Positions 14,366-23,638 of a stretch of DNA of 64,000 nucleotides are shown here, in pieces. The stretch spans positions 8,780 through 72,779 of IMG/VR virus record IMGVR_UViG_2639763161_000004. One strand, written 5' to 3'. Within the stretch, counting starts at the first letter, position 1; every line of letters starts with the position of its first letter. The translations under genes and the position numbers were made by a program. The notes below the pieces were generated by a model that was not told the origin of the DNA, did not search any database, and saw only the letters and a list, made by a program, of their open reading frames with translations. The stretch is from a virus (taxonomy: Duplodnaviria; Caudoviricetes).

Positions 14366-15547
14366 TTATTTACCACGGCTCAGACTATCTATATGGTCAG
14401 CATACCATTGCATCATCTCGCGGCGGTTTTCCAAATATTGCGCGTGGTTATATGTGCCGCGGATACTGTTTTTATCCACGTGAGCGAGCTGCATCTCTAT
14501 CCAGGCTGTATTAAACCCCTGCTCATGCAGAATGGTACTCATGGTGTGTCGGAATCCGTGACCTGTAGCCTTCCCGTGATATCCAATTCGCTTTAACACC
14601 TGATTGATGCTCGCTTCACTCATTGGTTTAGTGATGTCATTGCGACCCGGAAATACCAGCGAAAAACGCCCTGTAGCCGCTTGAATTTCGCGAAGTGCTT
14701 CAACCACCTGAGTTGACAACGGCACCATATGTGGTCGCCGCATCTTCATGCGTTCTTTAGGCACTTCCCAAATCGCTTTATCAAGATCAAACTCTTTCCA
14801 CTCCGCCAGACGAAGCTCAATGGTTCGCACGCCAGTCAGCATCAGAATACGTGTGGCAAGCCGTGTAATCGGACTGCCACTGTAATTCTCCAATGCTTGC
14901 AAGAATGGTGGCAGCTCTTCAGACAGTAAATGAGGGAAGTGTTTCGGCTTCGGTGTAGCCAATGCACTGGCAAGATCCGCAACCGGGTTGATCTCCGCCC
15001 TGCCCGTCACGATGGCATAAGTGAACACCTGCTTACAGGCTTGCCGAATTTTACGCAGTTTATCCAATACTCCGCGCGTCTCTAACTTGCGCAGCGTCGT
15101 GAGCATCTCTAGCGGTTTTATTTCAGCTATAGGACGCTTACCAAGATCCGGAAAAATGTCATTTTCAAACGCTTCTATCAGATCATCAGCATAACCCTTT
15201 GACCACCCTGGACGCTTGTACTCATGCCATTCCAGGGCAAGTGCTTTGAAGTTGTTCTCAATAGCAATTTTACGCGTTTGCTTATCAACTTTCTTCTGCT
15301 CACTCGGATCGATGCCGTTAGCAATCTTCCGTTTAGCTTCATCACGACGTTGTCTGGCTTCAGAAAGCGAGATCTCTGGATAAACACCTAACGCCAGGGT
15401 TTTCTGTTTGCCATCAAAGCGATATTGCACTCGCCAGTATTTAGAGCCGTTCGGATGCACCATTAAATGCATTCCTTCCCCATCGGTAAGCTTAAAGGCT
15501 TTATCGGTGGGTTTCGCACTTCTGACTTTTACATCTGTTAGCGCCAT
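14366..15547 (-). CDS. int: P4-family tyrosine integrase
   Basis: MALTDVKVR..LTDGEGMHLMVHPNGSKYW arm-binding domain; TGVR, HGFR, LAH, YNHAQY catalytic motifs. Confidence 0.96.
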   Translation of the reverse strand: MALTDVKVRSAKPTDKAFKLTDGEGMHLMVHPNGSKYWRVQYRFDGKQKTLALGVYPEISLSEARQRRDEAKRKIANGIDPSEQKKVDKQTRKIAIENNFKALALEWHEYKRPGWSKGYADDLIEAFENDIFPDLGKRPIAEIKPLEMLTTLRKLETRGVLDKLRKIRQACKQVFTYAIVTGRAEINPVADLASALATPKPKHFPHLLSEELPPFLQALENYSGSPITRLATRILMLTGVRTIELRLAEWKEFDLDKAIWEVPKERMKMRRPHMVPLSTQVVEALREIQAATGRFSLVFPGRNDITKPMSEASINQVLKRIGYHGKATGHGFRHTMSTILHEQGFNTAWIEMQLAHVDKNSIRGTYNHAQYLENRREMMQWYADHIDSLSRGK

Positions 15548-15568
15548 CGGCTGCTCTCCGTCATTGGA

Positions 15569-15619
15569 TGTTGGTACAAAAAGTCATTGAACGGTGCTAT
15601 ACCAACACATATACCAACA
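15569..15619. promoter_or_regulatory. Probable arm-type binding sites of the P4-family integrase
   Basis: TATACCAACA at 15598 and 15610, inverted TGTTGGTA at 15569. Confidence 0.6.
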
Positions 15620-15705
15620 AAGATTACTTGATGTGGGTTGATATCGATAGACTTAGGTTGAAGTTGAGAACCTTGTGTCGTGCTAATCCACTGAATTACA
15701 GGTAT

Positions 15706-15732
15706 AAAAAAAGACGTCAGTTGACGTCTTTT
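15706..15732 (-). terminator. Terminator downstream of the tRNA 3' end
   Basis: AAAAGACGTCA-gt-TGACGTCTTTT with A-run on the left. Confidence 0.7.
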
Positions 15733-15742
15733 GATATAAATT

Positions 15743-15787
15743 TGGCGCGCCCTACAGGATTCGAACCTGTGACCTACGGCTTAGAAG
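15743..15787 (-). tRNA. 3' half of tRNA-Arg(UCU) (argU-like) = att core; not a full tRNA
   Basis: Minus strand CTTCTAAGCCGTAGGTCACAGGTTCGAATCCTGTAGGGCGCGCCA: anticodon loop, T arm and CCA; 5' half absent. Confidence 0.92.
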
Positions 15788-15953
15788 ATAGTAGAGCGTA
15801 ATTTAACATACTGATTAACCGCACAAAATCCATGCTCGCAACAGGCTTTGTGTCGTTGAATGTCATCTAGTGCACTTAGCAGTAATTCGTGTTTTTCTTG
15901 TGACGCCACATTTACGACACAGTAGCGCCACAAGAAAGATTCGAACCTGTGAT

Positions 15954-16277
15954 TCAAACCGGCATCCAGTCAGCCTCGTAAACCGACAGGATTTCGTGCG
16001 TCACCACGCCGAGCATCACCACACCTTCCAGTGACTCCCCATCGATCGTCTCACCCTCTTCGGTGACAATTCCCGTTCTGAAGTACTTCCCAATCATCGG
16101 GTAGCCGTCAACCTGCCAGGCCACCTTATTGCCCGGCACCGGTGTAATGGAACTGTCTACCAGCGCAAACCCTCTCGGCGTCTCAATCCTGATGGTTGAC
16201 GATGGACGCTGAATCATCAGCTTGTTCAAATCTATGCGGCTCTCAACGAAGTCTGCCGCCGGTGATGGAAATCCCAT
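15954..16277 (-). CDS. UmuD/HumD-like S24 protein lacking the catalytic GxSM motif
   Basis: MGFPSPAADFVESRIDLN N-terminus and GVVTH C-terminus. Confidence 0.8.
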   Translation of the reverse strand: MGFPSPAADFVESRIDLNKLMIQRPSSTIRIETPRGFALVDSSITPVPGNKVAWQVDGYPMIGKYFRTGIVTEEGETIDGESLEGVVMLGVVTHEILSVYEADWMPV

Positions 16278-16278
16278 A

Positions 16279-16518
16279 TCAATACTCCCCGTAGTGGTAG
16301 AAACGCTGCCAGAGGTTGTTGTGGCCCTCTTCAGGTGATACGTCACGAAATGTCATCACATGCTGCGCTATCCACTCGTTAGCGCTCTGGTGACTCATTT
16401 CCCAGTTTCGCTTGGCAAGCTCGGCAACAAAGTCAGACGTCGAGACGGTGACGCCATACTTCGGGTTGCGCCGCATCGCCTCATGGAATGACAACCGTAT
16501 ATCGCCGTAACGTGGCAT
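16279..16518 (-). CDS. Small phage protein commonly paired with UmuD-like genes
   Basis: VTVSTSDFVAEL...ANEWI...FRDVS motif; GGGGG RBS; abuts UmuD-like gene. Confidence 0.75.
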   Translation of the reverse strand: MPRYGDIRLSFHEAMRRNPKYGVTVSTSDFVAELAKRNWEMSHQSANEWIAQHVMTFRDVSPEEGHNNLWQRFYHYGEY

Positions 16519-16533
16519 GTAGAGCCCCCGTGA

Positions 16534-16770
16534 TCACTGTTTATCTGTTTGATGTTCATCATGGGATACAGATGGCCTGGTCGCAGGTCCGAGTAAATAT
16601 CCATCAACCCCCGGGACAAGCAATCTGCCGGTATCTTCTGATCTGACCATCAGACAACCCATTCGCCAGTCCAATTGCTGAACCCACTTAACGCGTATAA
16701 CCCCGCCGTTTGTCAGGCAGGACAGGAACTTATCGCCATAGCGGGACGCTTCAATATTTGACCATCGCAT
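16534..16770 (-). CDS. Hypothetical protein, first gene after the SOS box
   Basis: ATG at 16770 with GGTG RBS; start uncertain. Confidence 0.45.
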   Translation of the reverse strand: MRWSNIEASRYGDKFLSCLTNGGVIRVKWVQQLDWRMGCLMVRSEDTGRLLVPGVDGYLLGPATRPSVSHDEHQTDKQ

Positions 16771-16785
16771 AAAATCACCATGAAA

Positions 16786-16828
16786 AACTGTATGCATATA
16801 CAGTATATGATGGATTGAATTTGATCAA
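16786..16828 (-). promoter_or_regulatory. LexA (SOS) box overlapping a sigma70 promoter
   Basis: CTGTATGCATATACAG at 16788-16803; minus strand TTGATC-17 bp-TACTGT. Confidence 0.9.
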
Positions 16829-16891
16829 TGGCGACTTCTTACCAGGGATTAACTGCTATATGATAAGTGACATAAAATTAAGGAGATCATC

Positions 16892-17026
16892 ATGCTTGAA
16901 CTTTTCTACAACTATGAAGGATGGATAACCAATCCTGGCGCTATCTTTGACATGGTCATGAATGTGGCCCTGGCGTGCGCTGTGGTTGTTTTTCTAGTGG
17001 GTGTCTTCATGAAGAGTGAATCATAG
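16892..17026 (+). CDS. 44-aa single-TM peptide, candidate inhibitor of host O-antigen polymerase (Iap-like); not in the ORF track
   Basis: AAGGAG RBS; MLELFYNYEGWITNPGAIFDMVMNVALACAVVVFLVGVFMKSES*; stop 2 nt before the wzy-like ATG. Confidence 0.7.
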   Translation: MLELFYNYEGWITNPGAIFDMVMNVALACAVVVFLVGVFMKSES

Positions 17027-17028
17027 TA

Positions 17029-18192
17029 ATGTTCAATGCTTTACTGTTTCCGGCGAACATACTTATCGCTCTTGGGTTCTGTTCACTAATCGCACTTGAC
17101 TCTCTTTCAAATCTCTACAGTTCGCCAGATGATTATGCGATCCTGGCTTTATCTGTAATGCTTTCCATCTATGGCGCTTTCTGCGTTTTCATGTTCCGCC
17201 GGAACAAACCATTTGTTGATGATTCAGGCGAGATGGCAAAGAAGTTCTCCCCCTTTCTGAAGATAGCGGCATGCGGATTCATAGTGGAATTTGCTCTCTA
17301 TGGAATACCTCTTCTGCTTAAGGGAGGGCGAGACGATTACACCGGCATTCCTGTGCTGCATGTGGTTTTCTATTCCTCATCCATCATATCAGTGCTGTTT
17401 GCATCCCTTTATGCCAGTAACCGGAACATTGCGATAACCCTTTTATTTGCCGCTGCGATAAGCGTACTGACGCTATCACGTCAGATGATGATGGTGTCAT
17501 TCTGCATATTTATAATTTCATCACTGATTCGCTACAAGATAACGAAGAAAATAGCTTTGCGGCTGTTCTTGCTGATATTTATTTTGTTTGCGAGTTTCGG
17601 TTTTGTCGGGGATATCCGGCAGCAGATGTCAGGAGACTATGTTAATAACTACATATTCCTGGTAGGAGGGGCTAATGCGGGGGGAGAAGCGCTGGGCTCT
17701 TCTCTTTACTGGCTGTGGATCTACATGGCTACGCCTGTCTATAACCTGATTCATAACCTACATGACTACAACGTTTATGGAAGCTTTTGCGGCCCGACAG
17801 ACACGATCGGAACCTGTAACGGCTCGTACATCAGCACTGTACTGATACCCAACACCATAGCGAAATACCTTGGTGAGCCTGAATTTAAGATATCACTGGA
17901 GGTTCCGTACCTGAATGCCGGCACCGGCTATGCTGCTGCTGCAAGGTTGCTTGGATTGCCTGGCGTCATAATTCAACTATTGGCTCAGTTTGCTTACTAC
18001 TTTATTGGAAGGATTGTGACGCCTGTCAGGATGAGAACGGCGTACACTGTTTATTTTTCTGCGCTATCTGTCTTTATGATATTTGATGACCTGTACACGC
18101 ATGGTGAGTTTTTCTTTGGCTTTATTTTGATAATTCTGGCATCGAAAGGAATTAAGTTAGGAATCCCAAAATACCATTTTGAAAGAAATTAG
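17029..18192 (+). CDS. Wzy-like O-antigen polymerase (serotype conversion)
   Basis: About 10 TM helices, LSRQ and FGFVGDIRQQ motifs, large periplasmic loop, AT-rich, opposite strand to the tail genes. Confidence 0.75.
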   Translation: MFNALLFPANILIALGFCSLIALDSLSNLYSSPDDYAILALSVMLSIYGAFCVFMFRRNKPFVDDSGEMAKKFSPFLKIAACGFIVEFALYGIPLLLKGGRDDYTGIPVLHVVFYSSSIISVLFASLYASNRNIAITLLFAAAISVLTLSRQMMMVSFCIFIISSLIRYKITKKIALRLFLLIFILFASFGFVGDIRQQMSGDYVNNYIFLVGGANAGGEALGSSLYWLWIYMATPVYNLIHNLHDYNVYGSFCGPTDTIGTCNGSYISTVLIPNTIAKYLGEPEFKISLEVPYLNAGTGYAAAARLLGLPGVIIQLLAQFAYYFIGRIVTPVRMRTAYTVYFSALSVFMIFDDLYTHGEFFFGFILIILASKGIKLGIPKYHFERN

Positions 18193-18216
18193 AATTGCGG
18201 CATCCGTGCCGCAGTT

Positions 18217-20646
18217 TTACCAGTTACTGACTATGACAATTCCTCTCAAAAACATTCTTTTAAGAGAGGTGTTTGCTCCTGAATTTTCCACCCTGAATAT
18301 CAGGCCATTATCTGGTGGTACCGATATATCTCCCGGCGTAACATCAGCATCGATAACCTGGTTATTTGAAGACAACCCTGCTGCATAAAGAGGTGAGGAT
18401 ATGGTATATCCGTTGTCGTTGGTTGATAACAGGCTGAATGTTCCGCTCGTTGTTCCGCTGAGATTGAAATACTCCATCACGGTTCTGATATGGCTTCCTA
18501 CCATTATCCCTGAATTGTAACTTGCAGATGTTCCTTTGAACGCAATGCCGCTGTAATCATAACCTGTAGTTGTGCTTGTTCTGTCTGACTCCGCAACAGA
18601 AGCATTTGTCAGAAGACGTATCGGGTAACTACCACCCTGAACATTGGCATTGCCGGTCGAAGTGTCGAGTATGCATGCCTTGCTGAAAAGTGATGTGATT
18701 GGCCATATTGTACTTGATGGCGTACCGCCAAAGAGATATGCCTCAAACCTTATCTTTGGCCTCACTTTCTGGCTGGCAAGTCCGATAACCAGGTTCCGGC
18801 ATTTAACGTTGTTCCTTACACTTCCCTGAAACCCGCCTGACACCCCATCCCAAATGAAAGCCCCGAAGTTACCCTCGCAAACTTTACCAAATACCGATGA
18901 CGCTGCCACAACCTGATCCACATCGCGGCTGTAGTAAGACTGACTGGTTGAGTCAACGTAAGCAGACACAACCGGGATGACAATACCTATCCCTGTCATG
19001 GCCTTGATAGTGCCGAAATCAAGCCTCATTTTTGCCAGGTCCTGCTTCAGCCAGTCAGCATAACTCCCGGTTGAATAATATCGAGAGTATGAGTCTACAA
19101 AAGCGATATCATAGTTTTTGCTGAAAAGCTGGTTGAAAGGCTGACCAGATGCTATCAGGTCCACAAAGTTCAGGTTTTTAGTGGTCAGCCCCCTTAAAGT
19201 TGTGATTTTCGCATCCTGCTGTGCAACTGTTATACCTTTTGTTGCGGGCTCGTCATAGACCGAATAACCGAACGTAGCTGCCTTTGCTGTTGTTGCGGTG
19301 ACAAACTCAGTAAGGTTAGCGTTTGCCCTTGGGTTATCTATTCCAAGATTCACCTGCAGTCCGGCGGTATAGGCATTGTCCAGCATCTGTTCTGCAGTGC
19401 CTGCCGCATCAATCGTTCCGTTGTTTGCAAACGTACAGTAGTGGTTGATCATGTTAAAGCCGAGCGACTTGATATAGAGAAGCTCAGCAAGGTCATAGGC
19501 ACTCTCCACGTACAGCATTCGGATGCTGGCGGAGTCCGGATCAACAGTGCGCGCCTTGATGCTACCAAGAGAATACCGGGAGGTGTTGATGGTAAACTCA
19601 CCAACAATCCTCTGGCCCTTGGAATTAATTATCCCCGAAACATTATATGTCCCGTTTCCAACAACAGGCTTTCCGGTTGCAAAGGCTGCGTTAATGGCTG
19701 CTGTCCAGTCTCCGGAGGTAACCAGGTTTGCATAGTCACTGATATAGGCAAACGATGCGTTCTGATTGTTGAGCGTGTCCACGCTTGTCTGTGCAGCTGC
19801 TCCGCCTACATACGTAACACCTGATGAACCTGTTACGTTGTTTTTAAATGTGTTTAGAGCATCAAGCTGTGTCGCCACGGTGCCCGTAGTATACCCAACC
19901 AGCGTGGCGCCGGTGGTCTGAGAAAGTGCTGATGCGCTTACTTTGTTGTTGAGCGCAGCCTGAACTGTTGTAGGGTTGTTGCTGTCGTCTGCCGCGCCAA
20001 CCTGAGTAGCGCCGGTCTTTTGCCCTAGCTGGGCCAGAACATCGTCTGTAAGCTGAATCCAGTTTGCCAAGGTTGTTGGTGGTGCCGAGGCAAGGCAAAA
20101 CGAATAACCCAAATCTGTGCGCTTACATATATCGCCTACCTGAGCATCAAGAGCCAGCATAGCTGCCTGGCTGTTGGCAACAAAAGGCTCGGTTAATGCG
20201 ATCGCCGGTATCACAGAAACCGGTATTTTTCCGCTGCTGTCCAGTATGGCAAATTCGGCAATGGCCTTTGTTGACAGGCTGCCGTCACCGCCAAAAACCG
20301 GAACAGATGAAGCGCGATCGGCGGCGGCTGGTAGCGCAGATAGAGACTCTCCAGATGGTGCCCTTACGGTGCGGCCTATTGCTGAATCGGCGGCACTTGC
20401 TGCCTCTGATGCCGACACGGCCGCGTCTGATGCCGACTGGCTTGCAGCGACAGACAGCGCCTGAACGGTAGACTCCGCGGCTGTTGCTGTCTGAGCAGAT
20501 GCTGATGCCGATGCTGCTGATGCGGCCGCCTGTTGCGCATAGTCTGGAGCATTCGCCAGCTGCTCGGCGCTCAGTTTGGCCTGAGCGGCTGCCGTTTCTG
20601 CGATAGATGCGTATTGCTGTGCTTTTTTGGTATCTGAAATAGACAT
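18217..20646 (-). CDS. Tailspike / depolymerase with probable glycoside-hydrolase TIM-barrel domain
   Basis: Ala/Ser-rich N-terminal coil, DWTAAINAA linker, IKSLGFNMINHY and GYSVYDEP motifs. Confidence 0.75.
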   Translation of the reverse strand: MSISDTKKAQQYASIAETAAAQAKLSAEQLANAPDYAQQAAASAASASASAQTATAAESTVQALSVAASQSASDAAVSASEAASAADSAIGRTVRAPSGESLSALPAAADRASSVPVFGGDGSLSTKAIAEFAILDSSGKIPVSVIPAIALTEPFVANSQAAMLALDAQVGDICKRTDLGYSFCLASAPPTTLANWIQLTDDVLAQLGQKTGATQVGAADDSNNPTTVQAALNNKVSASALSQTTGATLVGYTTGTVATQLDALNTFKNNVTGSSGVTYVGGAAAQTSVDTLNNQNASFAYISDYANLVTSGDWTAAINAAFATGKPVVGNGTYNVSGIINSKGQRIVGEFTINTSRYSLGSIKARTVDPDSASIRMLYVESAYDLAELLYIKSLGFNMINHYCTFANNGTIDAAGTAEQMLDNAYTAGLQVNLGIDNPRANANLTEFVTATTAKAATFGYSVYDEPATKGITVAQQDAKITTLRGLTTKNLNFVDLIASGQPFNQLFSKNYDIAFVDSYSRYYSTGSYADWLKQDLAKMRLDFGTIKAMTGIGIVIPVVSAYVDSTSQSYYSRDVDQVVAASSVFGKVCEGNFGAFIWDGVSGGFQGSVRNNVKCRNLVIGLASQKVRPKIRFEAYLFGGTPSSTIWPITSLFSKACILDTSTGNANVQGGSYPIRLLTNASVAESDRTSTTTGYDYSGIAFKGTSASYNSGIMVGSHIRTVMEYFNLSGTTSGTFSLLSTNDNGYTISSPLYAAGLSSNNQVIDADVTPGDISVPPDNGLIFRVENSGANTSLKRMFLRGIVIVSNW

Positions 20647-20654
20647 GGCTCACC

Positions 20655-21812
20655 TTAAAACTTAATGAAATAAGCCAACGCGATATTTCGCGGCCTGGTT
20701 TCGTTTGCAAATGAACCCACAGTTCCTGCAGCAAAAGTGCTGACAATGCCTTTGCCGGGTCCGGCGTCGTTGTTGGGATCGGAGGAGTTAAAGACGCTGT
20801 CTGGAATGGTTGCTACGGGGTCGACGCTTGTTCCTGTGGAGGTTTTAAGCCAGTGCTCATGTTGCTGGACGGCAAAGTCCTGGGAGCTGCCAATCGTTCG
20901 GCCCGAATCCACTCCGCGACTGAGATCTAACCCGCGAATAAACTCGCCCCGAAGGTCTGGTAATCCAAACGTTGTGCTTCCGTCCCCGGCCCCGAAGGTG
21001 GTTCCGATACGGGAGAACAGGCGTCCATAGACGTTACGGCTCACGGTCTGACCATTGCACAGCAGCCAGCCAGATGGCGTGGTTGTGGCGGCAAACGGCA
21101 TCACAGATGCGGTCAGATCAAACCCGGTGTTAAACGACTCGTCATACATATCCATGCCGTCACAAAAAAGCTTTGTGAAAACACCAGGGAATGCCTGAAC
21201 GCCAACGCCTGAGACTGTCTTGCAGGTCAGGGAAAAGTTGCCTGTGCAGTTATTGACGACTGTCCATGACTTTATCCATGCAGGGAAAATGATATTGATG
21301 TTCGCCGTCAGCGTTCCGGTGATGAGAATTCTGTCTTTGGCTGCCTGCAGGGAGCTCATGATTATGCTGGACGGCGAGGCTGTCAGTTGAGTGACGCCGT
21401 AGTTGTTAAGCGGCACCCATCCCGTTGTCGAACCATTGGATGACTCAGGGGCGGTGGTGTTTCCGTCTGTCAGATTCAGCCACTGGCCTGTCAGGACCGA
21501 ACTTGGAAGCAATGCCCCTCTCGGGTATCCGCTAATGGCAGTCGAGAAATCAGAGCTGAAAGGGAAACCCATCCCGGCATTACCCCACTGCAACTGCTGG
21601 GTAGCCGAATACAGTACGCCGTTTACATCCTTTCCATTGGGCGGCAACCCTCCAGCGCTGAGTGGCTGCATCGTTATTGAAGGGAATCCCTTGTCGTAAG
21701 TGGCGATGCCGCCGCTGTCTGTTGATGTGCTGGAATCGACCGGGAGCGTGTTTTTAACACCATTAACAGCGAATGCCTTTAGCAGGCGGGATGGAATGTC
21801 TGTTGAGTTCAT
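20655..21812 (-). CDS. Tail fibre with tail-collar domain
   Basis: GFPSITMQPLSAGGLPP N-terminus; PSGWLLCNGQ...FGLPDLRGEFIRG...ETRPRNIAL. Confidence 0.9.
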   Translation of the reverse strand: MNSTDIPSRLLKAFAVNGVKNTLPVDSSTSTDSGGIATYDKGFPSITMQPLSAGGLPPNGKDVNGVLYSATQQLQWGNAGMGFPFSSDFSTAISGYPRGALLPSSVLTGQWLNLTDGNTTAPESSNGSTTGWVPLNNYGVTQLTASPSSIIMSSLQAAKDRILITGTLTANINIIFPAWIKSWTVVNNCTGNFSLTCKTVSGVGVQAFPGVFTKLFCDGMDMYDESFNTGFDLTASVMPFAATTTPSGWLLCNGQTVSRNVYGRLFSRIGTTFGAGDGSTTFGLPDLRGEFIRGLDLSRGVDSGRTIGSSQDFAVQQHEHWLKTSTGTSVDPVATIPDSVFNSSDPNNDAGPGKGIVSTFAAGTVGSFANETRPRNIALAYFIKF

Positions 21813-21813
21813 G

Positions 21814-22401
21814 TCATACCTGCTGAACAATATTGACTGTGACGCCCACGGGGGCCGGTAGTGCGCCGGAGCTTTGCACGATCGCAAGCTCTGAAACGGA
21901 AAGCGGAAACTGGAATACGTAGCTCATCACCATGCCGCCATCGTTTCTGACATAGCAGCGACCTTTGTCGCCGAACATAAACATCAGTAGCCGGTTGAGA
22001 TTAGGGATGGTGCAGTCAGAGATGTTGGCCGCCGCCTTCATCATGATCAGCTTTCGGTAAATATCGTTTGTGAGCGTTACGGTTGAGGTAAGAACCTCTC
22101 CCGAATAGAAAGGGGCCTGGTTGAACGGTTGAGGGTCATCAACAACAGGAGGGTCAGATAACGCCTCCTGAAAGCCAAAATAGATTTTGTTCTCTGTCAC
22201 CGTCAGCTGCCTGCTGACAACCACGATTTTCCCCCACACATCCAGGCCATATGTGCCTGCTGTTTCAATGTTCCAGATCATGTCGTAAAAGGAATCGATG
22301 AAACCTTCTATGCCTACGGCCTGATTGAAAGAGTAAATGAGGGATTTTAATTTCGGGCTGTCTGCATATTGCGTCAGGATGGTATCCGCGACGTTTATCA
22401 T
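21814..22401 (-). CDS. Baseplate wedge protein (DUF2612-like)
   Basis: TQYADSPKL, GLDVWGKIV, LPAPVGV; position. Confidence 0.8.
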   Translation of the reverse strand: MINVADTILTQYADSPKLKSLIYSFNQAVGIEGFIDSFYDMIWNIETAGTYGLDVWGKIVVVSRQLTVTENKIYFGFQEALSDPPVVDDPQPFNQAPFYSGEVLTSTVTLTNDIYRKLIMMKAAANISDCTIPNLNRLLMFMFGDKGRCYVRNDGGMVMSYVFQFPLSVSELAIVQSSGALPAPVGVTVNIVQQV

Positions 22402-23630
22402 GCGAGTGTCACCGAGATGTTGGTTGCGTCAAGCGTTGGCACCTGATCGATACCGAAAGATAAAGACGTGCTGAATGTCGTTCCGTCACGGCTCAGCGTT
22501 ATGCTGAAGATATCTACGTTTTCAGGGTCGATCGCCTGTACGCCTGAGTAATAGCGACCTGCATATATTGTCGAGCCAATCCTTGCCCGAGTTCCGCCGT
22601 CCTCGCCATTGAATGCACTGAGGACGGCGGTGCGAACTCTGCTTACAATGTCACCCGGGAGAGCATTGTTGTTAGCCAGTTCGACTTTGACGAATACGTT
22701 TACGGCTGATGGTGTCTGCCAGGTAATCTCATATTCAGGGTAAGGCTGGACATAATTGACATCATCTACCACTGTGTAACTGGTGTTGCCTGCCATTGGG
22801 GGGCCGGGAGGAAGCTTCTGAAATATAGCTTTAGCCACATCAGCTGATGCACCGCCATACACGCACACGTAAAGTGAGTGCGCAGGAAGCGGAAATGAAG
22901 TTGATCCTTTGTTTACGGTGGTGCTGGTGTTGTTTTGGGTGACATAGGCATCCGTCACGCCATTTACCGCCAGCACGTTCGCATAAATTGCCCCAAGCTG
23001 GTTATTAGCATTGCCGGCTACAGATTGTTTGCGGCGATACTCAAAATTAGCCCTGCTCTCTACATCATTTCCCAGCACGCCCGCTGTTGCGTTGGTTATA
23101 CCCGACCAGCCGATTATCGCCCGGTAAATCGTGTTCAGCGCGCCAATTGGACAGGCGATAGGACCGGTTGCCTGATTCTGAAAGACGACATTCAACGAGC
23201 CAGAAGCAGGTATGGTTGCGGCTGACAGAGAGGAGTAAAGGTAGCCATTACTGTCCTGCGCCAGGCTTCCCGCCGGAATTACTGTTCCCTGAAGTCCAGT
23301 GCATGTTGCCGTCACTGTGGTTCCGATGGCTGCGATGCGGTCGATAAAGTAAATCTGCCCGATAGCGTCCTGCATGCGGCCCGATGCAAAGTCCGGATTG
23401 ACCTGGTTAACAAGCCATGCAAGGTTGTCGTTTTTGTCGCCGATGATGGCAGTGTCGCTCATGGCGATCTGTCCCTGCGGCGTCGTCAGGCTGGCGCTCA
23501 TCCCGCCGCCCATCGCGGTATTAAGATCGGTCAGTCGGCCATTCAGAATGTCGATTTCGTCCGGTACAGCCACGCCGGTATCGGAAAGCGTTACGGCAGG
23601 GACCGCCGTGCTCACTGTGACTTCAGCCAT
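22398..23630 (-). CDS. Baseplate J/gp47-like protein
   Basis: TPQGQI, GRMQDAIG, size and position. Confidence 0.85.
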   Translation of the reverse strand: MAEVTVSTAVPAVTLSDTGVAVPDEIDILNGRLTDLNTAMGGGMSASLTTPQGQIAMSDTAIIGDKNDNLAWLVNQVNPDFASGRMQDAIGQIYFIDRIAAIGTTVTATCTGLQGTVIPAGSLAQDSNGYLYSSLSAATIPASGSLNVVFQNQATGPIACPIGALNTIYRAIIGWSGITNATAGVLGNDVESRANFEYRRKQSVAGNANNQLGAIYANVLAVNGVTDAYVTQNNTSTTVNKGSTSFPLPAHSLYVCVYGGASADVAKAIFQKLPPGPPMAGNTSYTVVDDVNYVQPYPEYEITWQTPSAVNVFVKVELANNNALPGDIVSRVRTAVLSAFNGEDGGTRARIGSTIYAGRYYSGVQAIDPENVDIFSITLSRDGTTFSTSLSFGIDQVPTLDATNISVTLA

Positions 23631-23638
23631 TGGCTACC

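Noticed and set aside
15743..15787. Complete tRNA-Arg gene
   Set aside because: D arm and 5' acceptor strand are absent; it is an att remnant
18217..21812. Diversity-generating retroelement or invertible tail-fibre cassette
   Set aside because: No reverse transcriptase, invertase or TR/VR repeat pair noticed
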